Assembly: GCA_963705165.1 (NCBI GenBank)
Contig: CAVPJD010000012.1
Coordinates: 43,577 to 107,576 of the forward strand
Length of the DNA stretch: 64,000 bases
Source of the DNA: an uncultured delta proteobacterium
GTDB lineage: Bacteria; Desulfobacterota; Syntrophia; Syntrophales; UBA2192
Direction of reading: 5' to 3'
In this document: in pieces, positions 1 through 10,544 of the stretch
Position numbering within the stretch: position 1 is the stretch's first letter
Layout: every line of letters starts with the position of its first letter
Notes under the pieces: model-generated
Databases searched by the model: none
What the model saw: the letters and a program-made list of their open reading frames with translations, nothing else
What the model was told of the DNA's origin: nothing
Translations under genes and position numbers: made by a program

Positions 1-2
1 GC

Positions 3-242
3 TGCGTAAAGCGCGGGGTACGTTTCGAGGCCATCCCCGTTGACGACATCATGACGACATCGCCCAGGACCATCGACGAAAACACGACGCTCGCCAAAAC
101 CGTCGAGACGATGGAGACCCTCGAGATCACGACACTCGTCGTCACGGGGAAAAACAACAGGCTCAAGGGCTACATCCACCTTCACGACATCTTCGGCCGC
201 GGCGGCACGCTTCGGATGTACGTTCCCAACGGCAACGCCTGA
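3..242 (+). CDS. 3' part of a CBS-domain protein, likely KpsF/GutQ (KdsD-like) sugar-phosphate isomerase; truncated by window start
   Basis: Frame open from base 3; DIMTTSPRTIDE...TTLVV...GYIHLHDI resembles the final CBS domain of KdsD/KpsF. Confidence 0.7.
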   Translation, partial: CVKRGVRFEAIPVDDIMTTSPRTIDENTTLAKTVETMETLEITTLVVTGKNNRLKGYIHLHDIFGRGGTLRMYVPNGNA

Positions 243-322
243 GAGAACGACAACGGGGCTTCTCCAATGGGATCGTGCAAAAATTCGCCCGGCAATACCC
301 TGATCCTTCTTCCAATGTTTCA

Positions 323-351
323 TTGACTCACGAGAGGGTTTTTCCTATACT
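323..351 (+). promoter_or_regulatory. Sigma70-type promoter of TRAP operon
   Basis: TTGACT-17 bp-TATACT upstream of the AGGAGG RBS of dctP. Confidence 0.6.
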
Positions 352-398
352 GCATTTCGCAAAAACAAGGTGCATCTTCAAGAATAAGGAGGAGAATC

Positions 399-1433
399 AT
401 GAAGAAGTTTTTTATCGTTGCCCTGTTCGTGGTCGCCGTGGCCCTCGCCTGGCTGACCCCGCCCCCGGCCGTCGCAGCAGACTACAAGCCGGAGTACAAG
501 CTTTCGACGGTTCTCGCAAAGCCCATGCCCTGGGGCATCGCCGGCGAGCGCTGGGCGGAACTGGTCAAGGAGAAGACGAAGGGCAGGATTAACATCAAGG
601 TGTACCCGGGCACGAGCCTCGTGGGCGGGGACCAGACCAAGGAGTACACCGCCATCCGCCAGGGCGCCATCGACATGGCCATCGGCTCTACCATCAACTG
701 GTCCCCCCAGGTGAAGGAGCTGAACATCTTCGCCATGCCTTTCCTCATGCCGGACTACAAGGCCATTGACGCTCTCACCCAGGGCGAAGTCGGCAAGGAG
801 ATTTTCAATATCCTCACCGGCAAGGACACGGTGCCCCTGGCCTGGGGAGAGAACGGCTTCCGGGAGCTCTCCAATTCCAAGAAACCGATCCGCAAGCCCG
901 AAGACCTCAAGGGCCTCAAGATCCGCGTCGTCGGCTCCCCGCTCTTCCTGGAGACCTTCGCAGCCCTGGGCGCGAATCCCACCCAGATGAGCTGGGCCGA
1001 TGCGGTGCCCGCCCTTTCCAGCGGAGCCGTCGACGGCCAGGAGAACCCTCTGACCGTTTACACGGTGGCCAAGCTGTCAACAGCCGCCAACCAGAAGTAC
1101 TTGACGATCTGGGGCTACGTGGCCGACCCGCTGATCTTTGTCGTCAACAAGGAGGTCTGGAACAGCTGGACCCCCGAAGACCAGAAGGCCGTCCGAGAGG
1201 CCGCCCTCCAGGCCGGCAAGGAAAACATTGCGTTGGCCAGAAAAGGCCTCATTCCTCCCAGCGACACCATGATCAAGGAGATTCAGGCGGCAGGGGTCAA
1301 CGTGGCGAGTCTCACCCCTCAGGAAAAAGAGGCCTTCAAGAAAGCCACCCGGTCCGTCTATGACAAGTGGGCCAAGCAGATCGGGACCGAGCTGGTCAAG
1401 AAAGCCGAACAGGCCGTTGCCAAGCGCAAGTAG
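399..1433 (+). CDS. dctP: TRAP transporter solute-binding protein (DctP family)
   Basis: Signal peptide; WGENGFR, DLKGLKIRV, GAVDGQENP motifs. Confidence 0.95.
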   Translation: MKKFFIVALFVVAVALAWLTPPPAVAADYKPEYKLSTVLAKPMPWGIAGERWAELVKEKTKGRINIKVYPGTSLVGGDQTKEYTAIRQGAIDMAIGSTINWSPQVKELNIFAMPFLMPDYKAIDALTQGEVGKEIFNILTGKDTVPLAWGENGFRELSNSKKPIRKPEDLKGLKIRVVGSPLFLETFAALGANPTQMSWADAVPALSSGAVDGQENPLTVYTVAKLSTAANQKYLTIWGYVADPLIFVVNKEVWNSWTPEDQKAVREAALQAGKENIALARKGLIPPSDTMIKEIQAAGVNVASLTPQEKEAFKKATRSVYDKWAKQIGTELVKKAEQAVAKRK

Positions 1434-1463
1434 TCTTCCTGCACACGCCACACAAATGACAAT

Positions 1464-1510
1464 GGCACGCGCCCGATCGATTGGATCGAGGCGCGTGCCT
1501 TTGCTTTTTC
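1464..1510 (+). terminator. Stem-loop/attenuating terminator after dctP
   Basis: GGCACGCGCC...GGCGCGTGCC followed by T-rich tail. Confidence 0.55.
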
Positions 1511-1546
1511 CCGGTTTGTTTCCGCTCCGCACGGGGTAAGCGACCC

Positions 1547-2047
1547 ATGGAATGTCAACCTTCACGAGAGGCCAAAGATCTCAAGACCCGGGTGCCTCTC
1601 AAATTCGAAGAATACGCGGCCGGGATTACCATCGGCCTGCTGGGGCTCATCACCTTCGCCAACGTGGTGGTGCGCTATCTGACGGACTTCTCTTTTGCGT
1701 TCACCGAGGAGCTTTCCGTCTTTCTCATGGTGCTCGTGGCGCTTCTCGGCGGCTCGAGCGTCATGGCGAAAGGCGGCCATCTGAATATCATGTTCGTGGT
1801 GGACAGGCTCTCGCCGGAGCGTCGGCGGGTCGTCGTCTGCGCGGCCCATGCCCTCTCCGTCCTCATGTTCCTTCTGCTGGCGTTCTTCGGGGGCCGGATG
1901 GCGTGGGATGAATACCGCTTCGAGGTCACCTCTCCCGGCCTCGGTCTGCCCACCTGGATCTACACCGTCTGGCTGCCGATATTGTCCCTGGCGATTTGCG
2001 GTCGCGCCGCAGGATTGATGATCCGCGCCTGGAGGAGGAAGGACTGA
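1547..2047 (+). CDS. dctQ: TRAP transporter small permease
   Basis: Four hydrophobic segments; NVVVRY, TEELS motifs; between dctP and dctM. Confidence 0.9.
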   Translation: MECQPSREAKDLKTRVPLKFEEYAAGITIGLLGLITFANVVVRYLTDFSFAFTEELSVFLMVLVALLGGSSVMAKGGHLNIMFVVDRLSPERRRVVVCAAHALSVLMFLLLAFFGGRMAWDEYRFEVTSPGLGLPTWIYTVWLPILSLAICGRAAGLMIRAWRRKD

Positions 2048-3339
2048 TGGTTCTGGTCACCCTTCTTTTCAGCGCCTTCTTTGTCATGATGTTTGCCGGC
2101 GTACCCATCGCCGTTTCCCTGGGCCTGGCGGGGACCGTGGCCATCGCCATGGGCAAGCTGGGCATCATGGCCTTCCCGACCAATTTTTACACGGGAATCG
2201 CCAAGTATCCTCTCCTTGCCATCCCCATGTTTGTCCTCGCAGGCGCCATCTTCGACCGGGCCGGCGTGGCAGAGCGGCTGCTGCGGTTCGCCGAAGCCAT
2301 CGTCGGACGCGGCAGGGGAGCCCTGGCGGTGATCACCATCCTGGTGGCCATGGTCATCGGCGGAATATCCGGCTCGGGGCCTGCCTGCACGGCCGCAGTG
2401 GGAGGGGTCATGCTCGTCGCCATGATGCGCAACGGCTACCCGCCGGCCTTTGCTGCCTCCGTCACGGCGGCAGCGGGGTCCACGGACATTCTCATCCCGC
2501 CGTCGGTGGCATTCATCGTCTACAGCGTGCTGGTGCCGTCGGCCACCGTACCGGCGCTCTTTGTTGGCGGCGTCATCCCCGGGATCATGGCCTGTGTCCT
2601 GCTCATCATCCCGGCACTCTACCTCAGCCGGAAGTACAACTTCGGCGTCGATCAGAGCACAGAGCCCATGCCGAAATTCTGGCCTTCCCTCAAGGATGCC
2701 TCCTGGGCGCTGTCCGCGCCGGTGCTCATTCTGGGCGGGTTGCGCACGGGATGGTTCACCCCGACGGAAGCCGCCGTCATGGCCGTGGTCTTCGGCCTTT
2801 TCGTCGGCTTCGTGATCTACCGCTCGCTCACCCTTCGCGACCTGTTCGAACTGCTCGTCGAGTCCGCGGAGACCTCCGCCGTCATCCTGATCGTGATCGG
2901 GCTGGCAAGCGTCTTTGCCTGGGCCACGGCCACGCTCGGCATCGTTGACCCGATCACCAGGGGCCTGGTGGCCCTCGGGGGCGGGAATTCCCTGGCGGTG
3001 CTGTTTATCCTGCTCATATTCCTGAAGGTTGCTGGAATGTTCCTCGACGGGATATCGATTTTTCTCATCTTCTGCCCGCTCTTTATCCCGATCGCCAATG
3101 ACTTCGGCTGGGACCTGGTGTGGTTCGGCGTGATGATGACCTACGTCATTGCCCTGGGGCAGTTCTGCCCGCCCATGGCCGTCAATCTCATGGTGAGCTG
3201 CCGGCTGACGGGCGCGTCCATGGAGTCAACCGTGCGCTGGGTCATCTGGTTGCTTTTATTCATGGGCCTGGGCCTCGTGGCCATGGTCTTCTTCCCCGCG
3301 CTGGTGCTCTGGCTGCCCGAGGTTCTCGGTTTCATGTGA
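2047..3339 (+). CDS. dctM: TRAP transporter large permease
   Basis: LLAIPMF, ISGS, ILIPPS, FTPTEAA motifs; TGATG overlap with dctQ. Confidence 0.95.
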   Translation: MVLVTLLFSAFFVMMFAGVPIAVSLGLAGTVAIAMGKLGIMAFPTNFYTGIAKYPLLAIPMFVLAGAIFDRAGVAERLLRFAEAIVGRGRGALAVITILVAMVIGGISGSGPACTAAVGGVMLVAMMRNGYPPAFAASVTAAAGSTDILIPPSVAFIVYSVLVPSATVPALFVGGVIPGIMACVLLIIPALYLSRKYNFGVDQSTEPMPKFWPSLKDASWALSAPVLILGGLRTGWFTPTEAAVMAVVFGLFVGFVIYRSLTLRDLFELLVESAETSAVILIVIGLASVFAWATATLGIVDPITRGLVALGGGNSLAVLFILLIFLKVAGMFLDGISIFLIFCPLFIPIANDFGWDLVWFGVMMTYVIALGQFCPPMAVNLMVSCRLTGASMESTVRWVIWLLLFMGLGLVAMVFFPALVLWLPEVLGFM

Positions 3340-3564
3340 GTGGACGAGGCTGACACGCCCATATCCGCTGCGTCCGGCCCTCGCCGGAAGGCACCGTTTT
3401 TGCAGGATTTCCTGTTCCGGGTGCAGACACTGCGGACGTCCTGTTTTTCCTAGCAATAACAGTTACTTCCGTTTTCCCCATCCTGCCCCGCATCGCACCG
3501 GCGAGGCTGCAGCCGCCTGCCGGCTGTTTGTGAACTGCATCAACGTCAACCCTGGATCAGGACC

Positions 3565-6500
3565 GTGACCATGAGAAAAGCCGCCGGACGAGAAACCGCC
3601 GGAAAAGAGAAAAGCCGCAAGACCGCGGAAACGAACAAGACCGCCGGAAAGCGATCTTCGACAAAGCCCGCACCGCACAAGACCTTCGACCCGGACGCGC
3701 TCCTCAACTCCATGGACGGGATGGTTTACGTGGCCTCCCCCGATTACCGGCTCGAGTACATGAACGAGGCGGCCATCAGGAAGATCGGGCGGGACATGAC
3801 GGGCAAGCACTGCTTTAAGGTCTTTCACGGCCTCGAGGAGCGCTGTCCCTGGTGCATGGGCGGGCTCGTGCTGCAAGGACAGACCTTCCGGCAGGAAATC
3901 CTGGGCCAGCTGGACAAGCGCTGGTACTCCAGCGTCCTGACGCCCCTTCACCGCAAGGACGGCTCCGTTGCCATCCAGGCCCTCGTTTTCGACATAACGG
4001 ACCAGAAAGAGGCCCAGGCGGCTCTCGTGCAGAACGAAGCCCTTCTGAGGAGCATTCACCAGGCCGCCCCGATGGGCATCGGGATCGTCGAAACCGCATG
4101 CTGGAATGGACCAACGAGCAGATCAGCCGCATGACGGGCTACACGGCGGAAGAGCTCCAGGGAAAGAGCGCCCGGATTCTCTACGCCAGCGACGAGGAGT
4201 TCGACCGCGTCGGCAGGCACAAGTACGCCGATATCCACAGCAAGGGGACCGGAAGCATCGTCACGGTATGGCGCCGCAAGGGCGGGCGCCTGATCAACGT
4301 CTACCTGAACTCGACCCCCGTCGACCCCGGAGACCTCTCGGCCGGCGTTGTCTTCACGGCACTGGACATCACGGAGAAGAAGAAGGCCCAGGACGAGCTC
4401 TGGAGGACCGAGGAGAAATACCGGGCCCTTTTCGATAACGCCGTCATGGGCATCTTCCAGAGCACGCCGGAGGGCCGGTTCATCACCGTCAACCCGGCGA
4501 CGGCAACGATGTGCGGCTTCGACTCCCCCGAGGAGATGGTGGCCACCGTCACCGACATCGCCACCCAGCACTACGTCGATCCCGCGGAAAGGGATCTCTT
4601 CATCCGGGCCATCGAGGAGGAGGGCTTCGTCCGGAATTTCGAGCACCGGACCTACCGCAAGGACGGCAGCGTCTTCTGGGTCTCCGTCAACGCACGGGAG
4701 GTCAGGGACGGGCGAGGGAGAATCACGCACTACGAGGGGACCCACGAAGACGTCCAGTGGCGCAAGGAGGCCGAGGAGGCCCTGCGGGCAAGCGAAGAGC
4801 GCTTCTCGAAGGCCTTCCGCTCCAACCCCGCACCGGTTGCCATCACCACGATCGACGAGGGCCGTTTCATCGACGTCAACGCCCGGTTCCTCGAGGCCTT
4901 CGGCTACCGCCGTGACGAGATCATCGGCAGGACATCAGCCGACCTCGCATTCTGGACCTCCGCGGAGAACCGGGACGAGGTGCTGAAAAAGCTCCGGGAG
5001 ACGGGCTCGGTCAAGAATGTGCTGAACCAATACAAAACAAAATCAGGTCAGCTCCGGACAGGCCTCTGGTCCGGCGAAATCGTCCGGCTGGGGGACCGGG
5101 ACGTGCTTCTCTCGATCCTTCTCGACATCACGGAACGCAAGCAAGCCGAAGAAAAATACCAGAGCATCCTCGCCGACATCGAGGAGTTCTATTACGAGAC
5201 CGACCTCCGGGGGAATCTGACGTTTTTCAACGACGCCGCCTGCAACATCATCGGCTATACCCGGGAGGAGCTGCAGTGGAAGAGCAACCGGGATTACACA
5301 ACGCCGGAAACGGCTGAACGGATGTACCGCGTATTCAACAGCGTGTACCGAACGGGGGAAAAAAGGAAAATCAGCAGCTACGAGATCATCCGCAAGGACG
5401 GCTCCCGCCGGGTGCTGGAAATATCGATCACACTGAAGCGGGATGAACGCGGAGACCCTGACGGTTTCCGCGGGCTGGGCCGCGACGTGACGGACCGGGT
5501 CAAGGCCGAGGAGGCCCTTCGGCTGAGCGAAGAGCGCTACCGCGCCATTTTCGAAAACTCGCTCGTGGGCATCTTCCAGTCTTCGCCGGAAGGCCGCTAC
5601 ATCCGTGTCAACCCGGCCTTTGCGAGGATCTACGGCTACGAATCGCCCGAGGCCGCGGTCTCTTCCGTGACCGACATCGGCACCCAGATCTTCGTCGACG
5701 CAGAAGACCGGAAACGCTGCCTCGCCATCCTGAAAAAAACCGGCATCCTGGAGCGGTTCGAGACCCGGACGCGACGCAAGGACGGCAGCATCATCTGGAC
5801 TGCGATCAACTCCCGCATCGTCCGGGATGCCGAAGGCCGGACGCTGTTCATCGAGGGGATCGTCGAGAACATCACGGAGCAGATCGAGGCGCAGGAAAAG
5901 CTGAAGCGCAGCGAGGCCCTGCTGAAAAGCGTCCTGGAGGCTGCGCCCATCGGCATCGGGGTCGTTCACAGCCGCGTTTTAAGCTGGGTCAACGAGGGGC
6001 TTCTGTCGATGACGGGCCACAGCCTCGAGGAGCTCTCGGGGAAAAGCGCACGGGTCCTTTACACCGACGACGATGAGTATGAGCGGGTGGGCAGGGAAAA
6101 GTACGGACAGATCGCCACCGCAGGTAAGGGAGTCGTAGAGACCCGCTGGAAGGCAAGGGACGAAAGCCTCATCGACATCCTCCTCAGCTCGTCCCCCATC
6201 GATCCGGGGATCTCGGGGCCGGCGTTGTCTTCACGGCCATGGACATCTCCGGTCTGAAACGGGCCGATGCGGTGAGGAAGGAACTCGAGGGGCAGCTGCG
6301 CCAGGTACAGAAAATGGAGGCCATCGGCACGCTGGCAGGCGGCATCGCCCACGACTTCAACAATATCCTTTTCACCATCGTCGGCTTCACCGATCTTTCC
6401 CTGCACGAGTTGAGCGACGGCGAGACCCGATGGAACCTCACGCAGGTCCTGAATGCCTGCGACCGGGCAAAGAATCTCGTGAACCAGATCCTCGCCTTCA

Positions 6501-7462
6501 GCCGCCAGGAAGCGCCGGAGAGGCGGCCGGTGGACATCGTCCCTGTCGCAAAGGAGGCCCTGAAGTTCCTTCGCTCCACGATCCCGTCCACCATCGAGTT
6601 GAAGCAGCGCATCACGGGGGGCAGCCTGACCGTCCTGTCCGACCCCACGACGATTCACCAGGTGCTGATCAATCTCGGGACAAACGCCGCCCACGCCATG
6701 CGGACGACGGGGGGCGTCATGGAGGTGTGCCTCGAGAGCATGGAGATCCCCCGTGAAAGGGGCGGCAGCGTACCGGCGGATTTGAAACCGGGACCCTACA
6801 TCCGGCTGACGGTTCGCGACACGGGGATAGGGATCGACCCGGCCATCATGAACCGCATCTTCGACCCGTTCTTCACGACCAAGCCCCAGGGAGAGGGGAC
6901 GGGACTCGGCCTTTCCGTCGTCTACGGGATCGTCAAATCCCATGGCGGCAGCATCGCCATCGAGAGCGAAGTGGGCCGCGGAAGCACCTTCCACGTCTAT
7001 CTCCCCCGCACCCCGGAACAGGAGCGAGAGGACAACCGGAAAAAAGCCTCCGCCTCCGGCGGGTCGGAGCACATCCTTTTCGTCGACGACGAGGTGGTTC
7101 TCGTCGACATGGGCGAGCGGATGCTGAGCGTTCTGGGCTACCGGGTCACCGCCGTGGCGAACGGCCCGGAGGCACTGAAAATCTTCCGCGAAAACCCGGA
7201 CGGCTTCGATCTCGTCATCACGGACATGACCATGCCCGGAATGACGGGGGCCCAGCTCAGCCGGGAAATCCTGAAAATCAAACCCGGGTTTCCCATCATC
7301 CTGTGCACGGGATTCAGCGAACTCATCTCGGAGGGAGAAGCCAAAGCGATGGGCATCCGGCGTTTCCTCATGAAACCGGTTTTTCTGGGCACGCTGGCCG
7401 GGGAGGTCCGAACCGTTCTTGACGCAAGCCGAAAAGAGGTGACGGCATGTCCCGTATCCTGA
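3565..7462 (+). CDS. Multi-PAS hybrid sensor histidine kinase/receiver, split into three ORFs by single-base frameshifts at ~4091 and ~6207 (sequence error or pseudogene)
   Basis: Tandem PAS repeats; QKMEAIGTLAGGIAHDFNNIL H-box, DTGIG, FDPFFTTK, GTGLGL, C-terminal receiver; reading frames join at short homopolymers. Confidence 0.88.
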
Positions 7463-7824
7463 TCGTGGACGATGATCCCCATGTGAGACAAATGCTCGAA
7501 CGCGTCCTGCGGAAGGCAGACCATGACGTGGAGACTGCGGAAAACGGACAAGAGGCCCTCCAGGTTCACAGGGAGAGACCCGCGGATCTGATCGTCACCG
7601 ACATCATCATGCCGGAGAAGGAAGGCCTGGAGACGATCACCGAGCTCCGGAAATCCTTTCCCGCCGTCAAAATCATCGCCATCTCGGGAGGCGGACGCAT
7701 CGGAGCGGCGCAGTACCTCAAGATGGCGGAAATCCTCGGTGCGGACCGCACATTTTCCAAACCGTTCAACCCCTCCGAACTGATCACCGCCGTCGAGGAA
7801 CTGCTGGCAGCCGGCGAAGAGTAA
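7447..7824 (+). CDS. Single-domain response regulator
   Basis: ILIVDDD, DIIMP, SGG, KPF receiver motifs. Confidence 0.93.
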   Translation: MSRILIVDDDPHVRQMLERVLRKADHDVETAENGQEALQVHRERPADLIVTDIIMPEKEGLETITELRKSFPAVKIIAISGGGRIGAAQYLKMAEILGADRTFSKPFNPSELITAVEELLAAGEE

Positions 7825-7915
7825 TCGGGAATTGGGTATTGGAAAATGGGGGAGATGGAAAAATAGACGCAAGGCAAAGATCTCAAACGTAGATCGCCAC
7901 GCCTCAGAACATCCA

Positions 7916-8046
7916 CCCTCACCCCAACCCTCTCCCCTCAAGGGAGAGGGAGATTATGGAAGGAATTTACTAGAGGTTCGGCTCGCGATGACCATCTTTG
8001 TAGTGTCTTCACTCAGACACTCAGGCACTTAAACACTCAGACACTC
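7916..8046. repeat. Composite intergenic repeat copy 1 (CCCTCTCCC/GGGAGAGGG palindrome + GCTCGCGATGAC + ACTCAGAC octamers)
   Basis: Closely similar to 14444-14571. Confidence 0.85.
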
Positions 8047-8104
8047 TCATTTCTTCACTAACCACAAGCCACTGACCACTTCTTCACTGCCGCGCAGCGG
8101 CCGA

Positions 8105-9169
8105 TCAGATCCACTTCTTCTTCCTGAAATACGAGAGCATCGTCAGCGCAATGACGATCACCACAACCCAGAGCATCAAGTAGCCGTATTGCCACTTGAG
8201 CTCCGGCATGTGTTCGAAGTTCATCCCGTAGATGCCGGCCAGAAAGGTCAGGGGCATGAAAATCGTCGCAATGATCGTGAGCACCTTCATGACCTCGTTG
8301 AGGCGGTTGCTGATGCTGGAGAGATAGATGTCGAACATCCCCGAGAGGATGTCCCGGTAGGTGTCCACCGTGTCCATGACCTGGATCGTGTGCTCGTAGA
8401 TGTCGCGGAAGTAGATGGCCGAGGTCTTGTTGACGAGGGGGGACTCGGCCCTAGCGAGCAGGGAGATCACCTCGCGCAACGGCCAGATGGAGCGGCGCAC
8501 CAGCAGGATCTCGTCGCGCAGCTGCTGGACGCCCTTCAGCGTCTCGCGCCTCGGGTTGGCCACAACCTCATCCTCCAGGCTGTCGATCTTCTCCCCCATT
8601 TTCTCCATCACGACAAAATAGTGATCCACCACGGCATCCATGAGGGTGTAGACCAGGTAGTCCGTTCCCATCTTGCGGATCCGCCCGAGGCCGTTTCGAA
8701 TCCGCTCACGGAGCGGCTTGAAGATCCCGCTGTCGGACTCCTGGAAGGACAGGACGAAATCATCGTTGAACACGAGGCTCAGCTGCTCGATGCGGAGCTC
8801 CATCGCCTTCTCGTCAAAGGTGATCAGCTTGATGATCAGGCAGATGTATTTGCCCAGGTCGTCGATTTTCGGACGCTGGGTCGTGTTCATGATGTCTTCC
8901 ATCAGCAGCGGATGAATGTGGAACTGACAGCCGATCTGCTCGATGACATGGGGTTCGTGGATCCCGACGACATCGATCCACGTGACGGTCGACTTGCCGC
9001 AATAGGGGGCCAGCTCTTCGACGGATTGGATCTCCCGCTCCTCGAAATGTTCTTCCGCATAATCGACCACAGTGATCCGGATCTTTTCCGACCGCTCGGT
9101 CCCGATGTGGACGAGGCTTCCGGGCGGGAGGCCCGTCTTTCTGGAGCGCTTGATGTAACTCTTGCTCAT
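8105..9169 (-). CDS. corA: Magnesium/cobalt transporter CorA
   Basis: GLPPGSL N-terminus, QRPK, GIYGMNF and MPEL motifs. Confidence 0.95.
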   Translation of the reverse strand: MSKSYIKRSRKTGLPPGSLVHIGTERSEKIRITVVDYAEEHFEEREIQSVEELAPYCGKSTVTWIDVVGIHEPHVIEQIGCQFHIHPLLMEDIMNTTQRPKIDDLGKYICLIIKLITFDEKAMELRIEQLSLVFNDDFVLSFQESDSGIFKPLRERIRNGLGRIRKMGTDYLVYTLMDAVVDHYFVVMEKMGEKIDSLEDEVVANPRRETLKGVQQLRDEILLVRRSIWPLREVISLLARAESPLVNKTSAIYFRDIYEHTIQVMDTVDTYRDILSGMFDIYLSSISNRLNEVMKVLTIIATIFMPLTFLAGIYGMNFEHMPELKWQYGYLMLWVVVIVIALTMLSYFRKKKWI

Positions 9170-9357
9170 AGACTCACCCATGGCGAAAGGATTTCAAGCC
9201 CCTCGGCGGCCCCTGCGATCTTCGACTTTGGGATACCGGGCACCATCTCGCCGAAGGAACAAGGCGGCGATGGCCATAGATAGGACCAAGGGCAGACAAC
9301 TGTCAAGTGAAATCAGTGCCTTACGGCACGGAGCAGAAAGGACTGCCTGTGACTCAT

Positions 9358-9372
9358 TGGTATGGTTATTGC
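9358..9372 (+). promoter_or_regulatory. Sigma54-type promoter (-24/-12)
   Basis: TGGTATG-GTTA-TTGC matches TGGYAYR-N4-TTGC with correct spacing. Confidence 0.6.
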
Positions 9373-9400
9373 TTTATGCCTTGTGAGGAAAGTTGTTTTT

Positions 9401-9555
9401 AATGACCTGACCATCGGCATGGCGATTCCGATGACTCGATCTCGAACGACGCTGCGATTTCTTTCTGATCCTGTAGTTGCTGACCGCGACCGACTGCGAC
9501 GCTGAATGCTCATACTCGCTCTGTTCATCTCCTGAAAGTCGATGGTCAGGTCATT
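9401..9555. other. 155-bp segment closed by an 18-bp inverted repeat (candidate structured RNA or leader)
   Basis: AATGACCTGACCATCGGC (9401-9418) pairs with GTCGATGGTCAGGTCATT (9538-9555), 17/18 with one G-U-compatible position. Confidence 0.5.
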
Positions 9556-9605
9556 GTTCAGGCACGACATGGGGTGATGATCCCTGACGTGACGGGAAAA
9601 TCGGA

Positions 9606-10451
9606 ATGGACAACAACCTCGAAAGCTTGATTGCCGAAGTGAAGTGGGATGTCCCGGAGTCGGATCTCGCGAGGCTGAAGGACATTTACGAGAAAATCAT
9701 AGAGTCCCTCACGCTCGGCTTCGACCCCGCCGTCCTGATCGTCCTCGACAACGAAGACGCCCACCAGTCTGACATCGAACAGCTCAAGTTCAAAATCAAG
9801 GAGAATATCGTTGCCCGCCTGATGGCCCGCGCAAACTCGGTCGTCATGTTCGGGAAGATCAAGTCCGGGGATGCAAGCAGTTTCTCGAAGGTCGTCCTGC
9901 GAATGGGCATGAAAACGGCGAAGATCTACATCCTCGCACTGGCCCTTTTTCTGCTGGATCCCGCGCTGGAACCTCTGGCCGCAAAAAGTTTTTCCCGGGC
10001 CATTCTCGGCCGCATCCTGTCGGAGGAGCTGGGGTTTAAAAGCTCGGCCGTGGAACGGGTGGAAATAGGGGCGCTGCTCCAGGAGATCGGACGGATTCCC
10101 GCCATCCTCTACGAGATCAGGGAATCGACTACTCTGGGCGAGGACTTTGCCTCGAAGTGGCACCCTCTGCTGGGCCTGGCCCTTCTCAGGAAGTACGAAC
10201 TGCCCGACTACCTGGAGGAAACCCTCCTCCACAAACACTTCTCCTTACTGCACCGATCGCTTTCGCCCCTGGCGGTAATCGACCTTGCCGACCTCGTCGT
10301 CCGGCAGAGCTTCGCGAAACACGGAAAGCTCATTGTCGAATCCCCGCTGCCCGACGCCACGATCGATTCGACGCTCGGTTCCAACATTCTGGACCAGTTC
10401 AGCTCCATCGGCTACCGAAAGTACGTCGAAGTCCGCCTGCCCCAGAAGTAG
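9606..10451 (+). CDS. HDOD-domain signal transduction protein
   Basis: ARANS, RMG, GALLQEIGR, HPLLG..L..YELP pattern of HDOD; HD replaced by QE. Confidence 0.75.
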   Translation: MDNNLESLIAEVKWDVPESDLARLKDIYEKIIESLTLGFDPAVLIVLDNEDAHQSDIEQLKFKIKENIVARLMARANSVVMFGKIKSGDASSFSKVVLRMGMKTAKIYILALALFLLDPALEPLAAKSFSRAILGRILSEELGFKSSAVERVEIGALLQEIGRIPAILYEIRESTTLGEDFASKWHPLLGLALLRKYELPDYLEETLLHKHFSLLHRSLSPLAVIDLADLVVRQSFAKHGKLIVESPLPDATIDSTLGSNILDQFSSIGYRKYVEVRLPQK

Positions 10452-10543
10452 TGACTGGTGATCAGTGATTGTGACTAGTGGTTTGTGAATGGAAACCGAT
10501 TCTTTCATTTCACTAGCCACAAGCCACTAACCACTAGCCACCA
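10451..10543. repeat. Inverted pair of heptamer tandem arrays (GTGACTG-like / CACTAGC-like) between convergent genes
   Basis: Directly visible 7-bp periodicity. Confidence 0.7.
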
Positions 10544-10544
10544 T

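Noticed and set aside
4085..6215. Programmed frameshifting or phase variation in the kinase
   Set aside because: Runs are only 3-4 nt with no slippery heptamer; error or decay is more plausible
9313..9570. 85-aa minus-strand ORF in the corA-HDOD spacer
   Set aside because: No motif or well-placed RBS; overlaps the sigma54 promoter and inverted repeat
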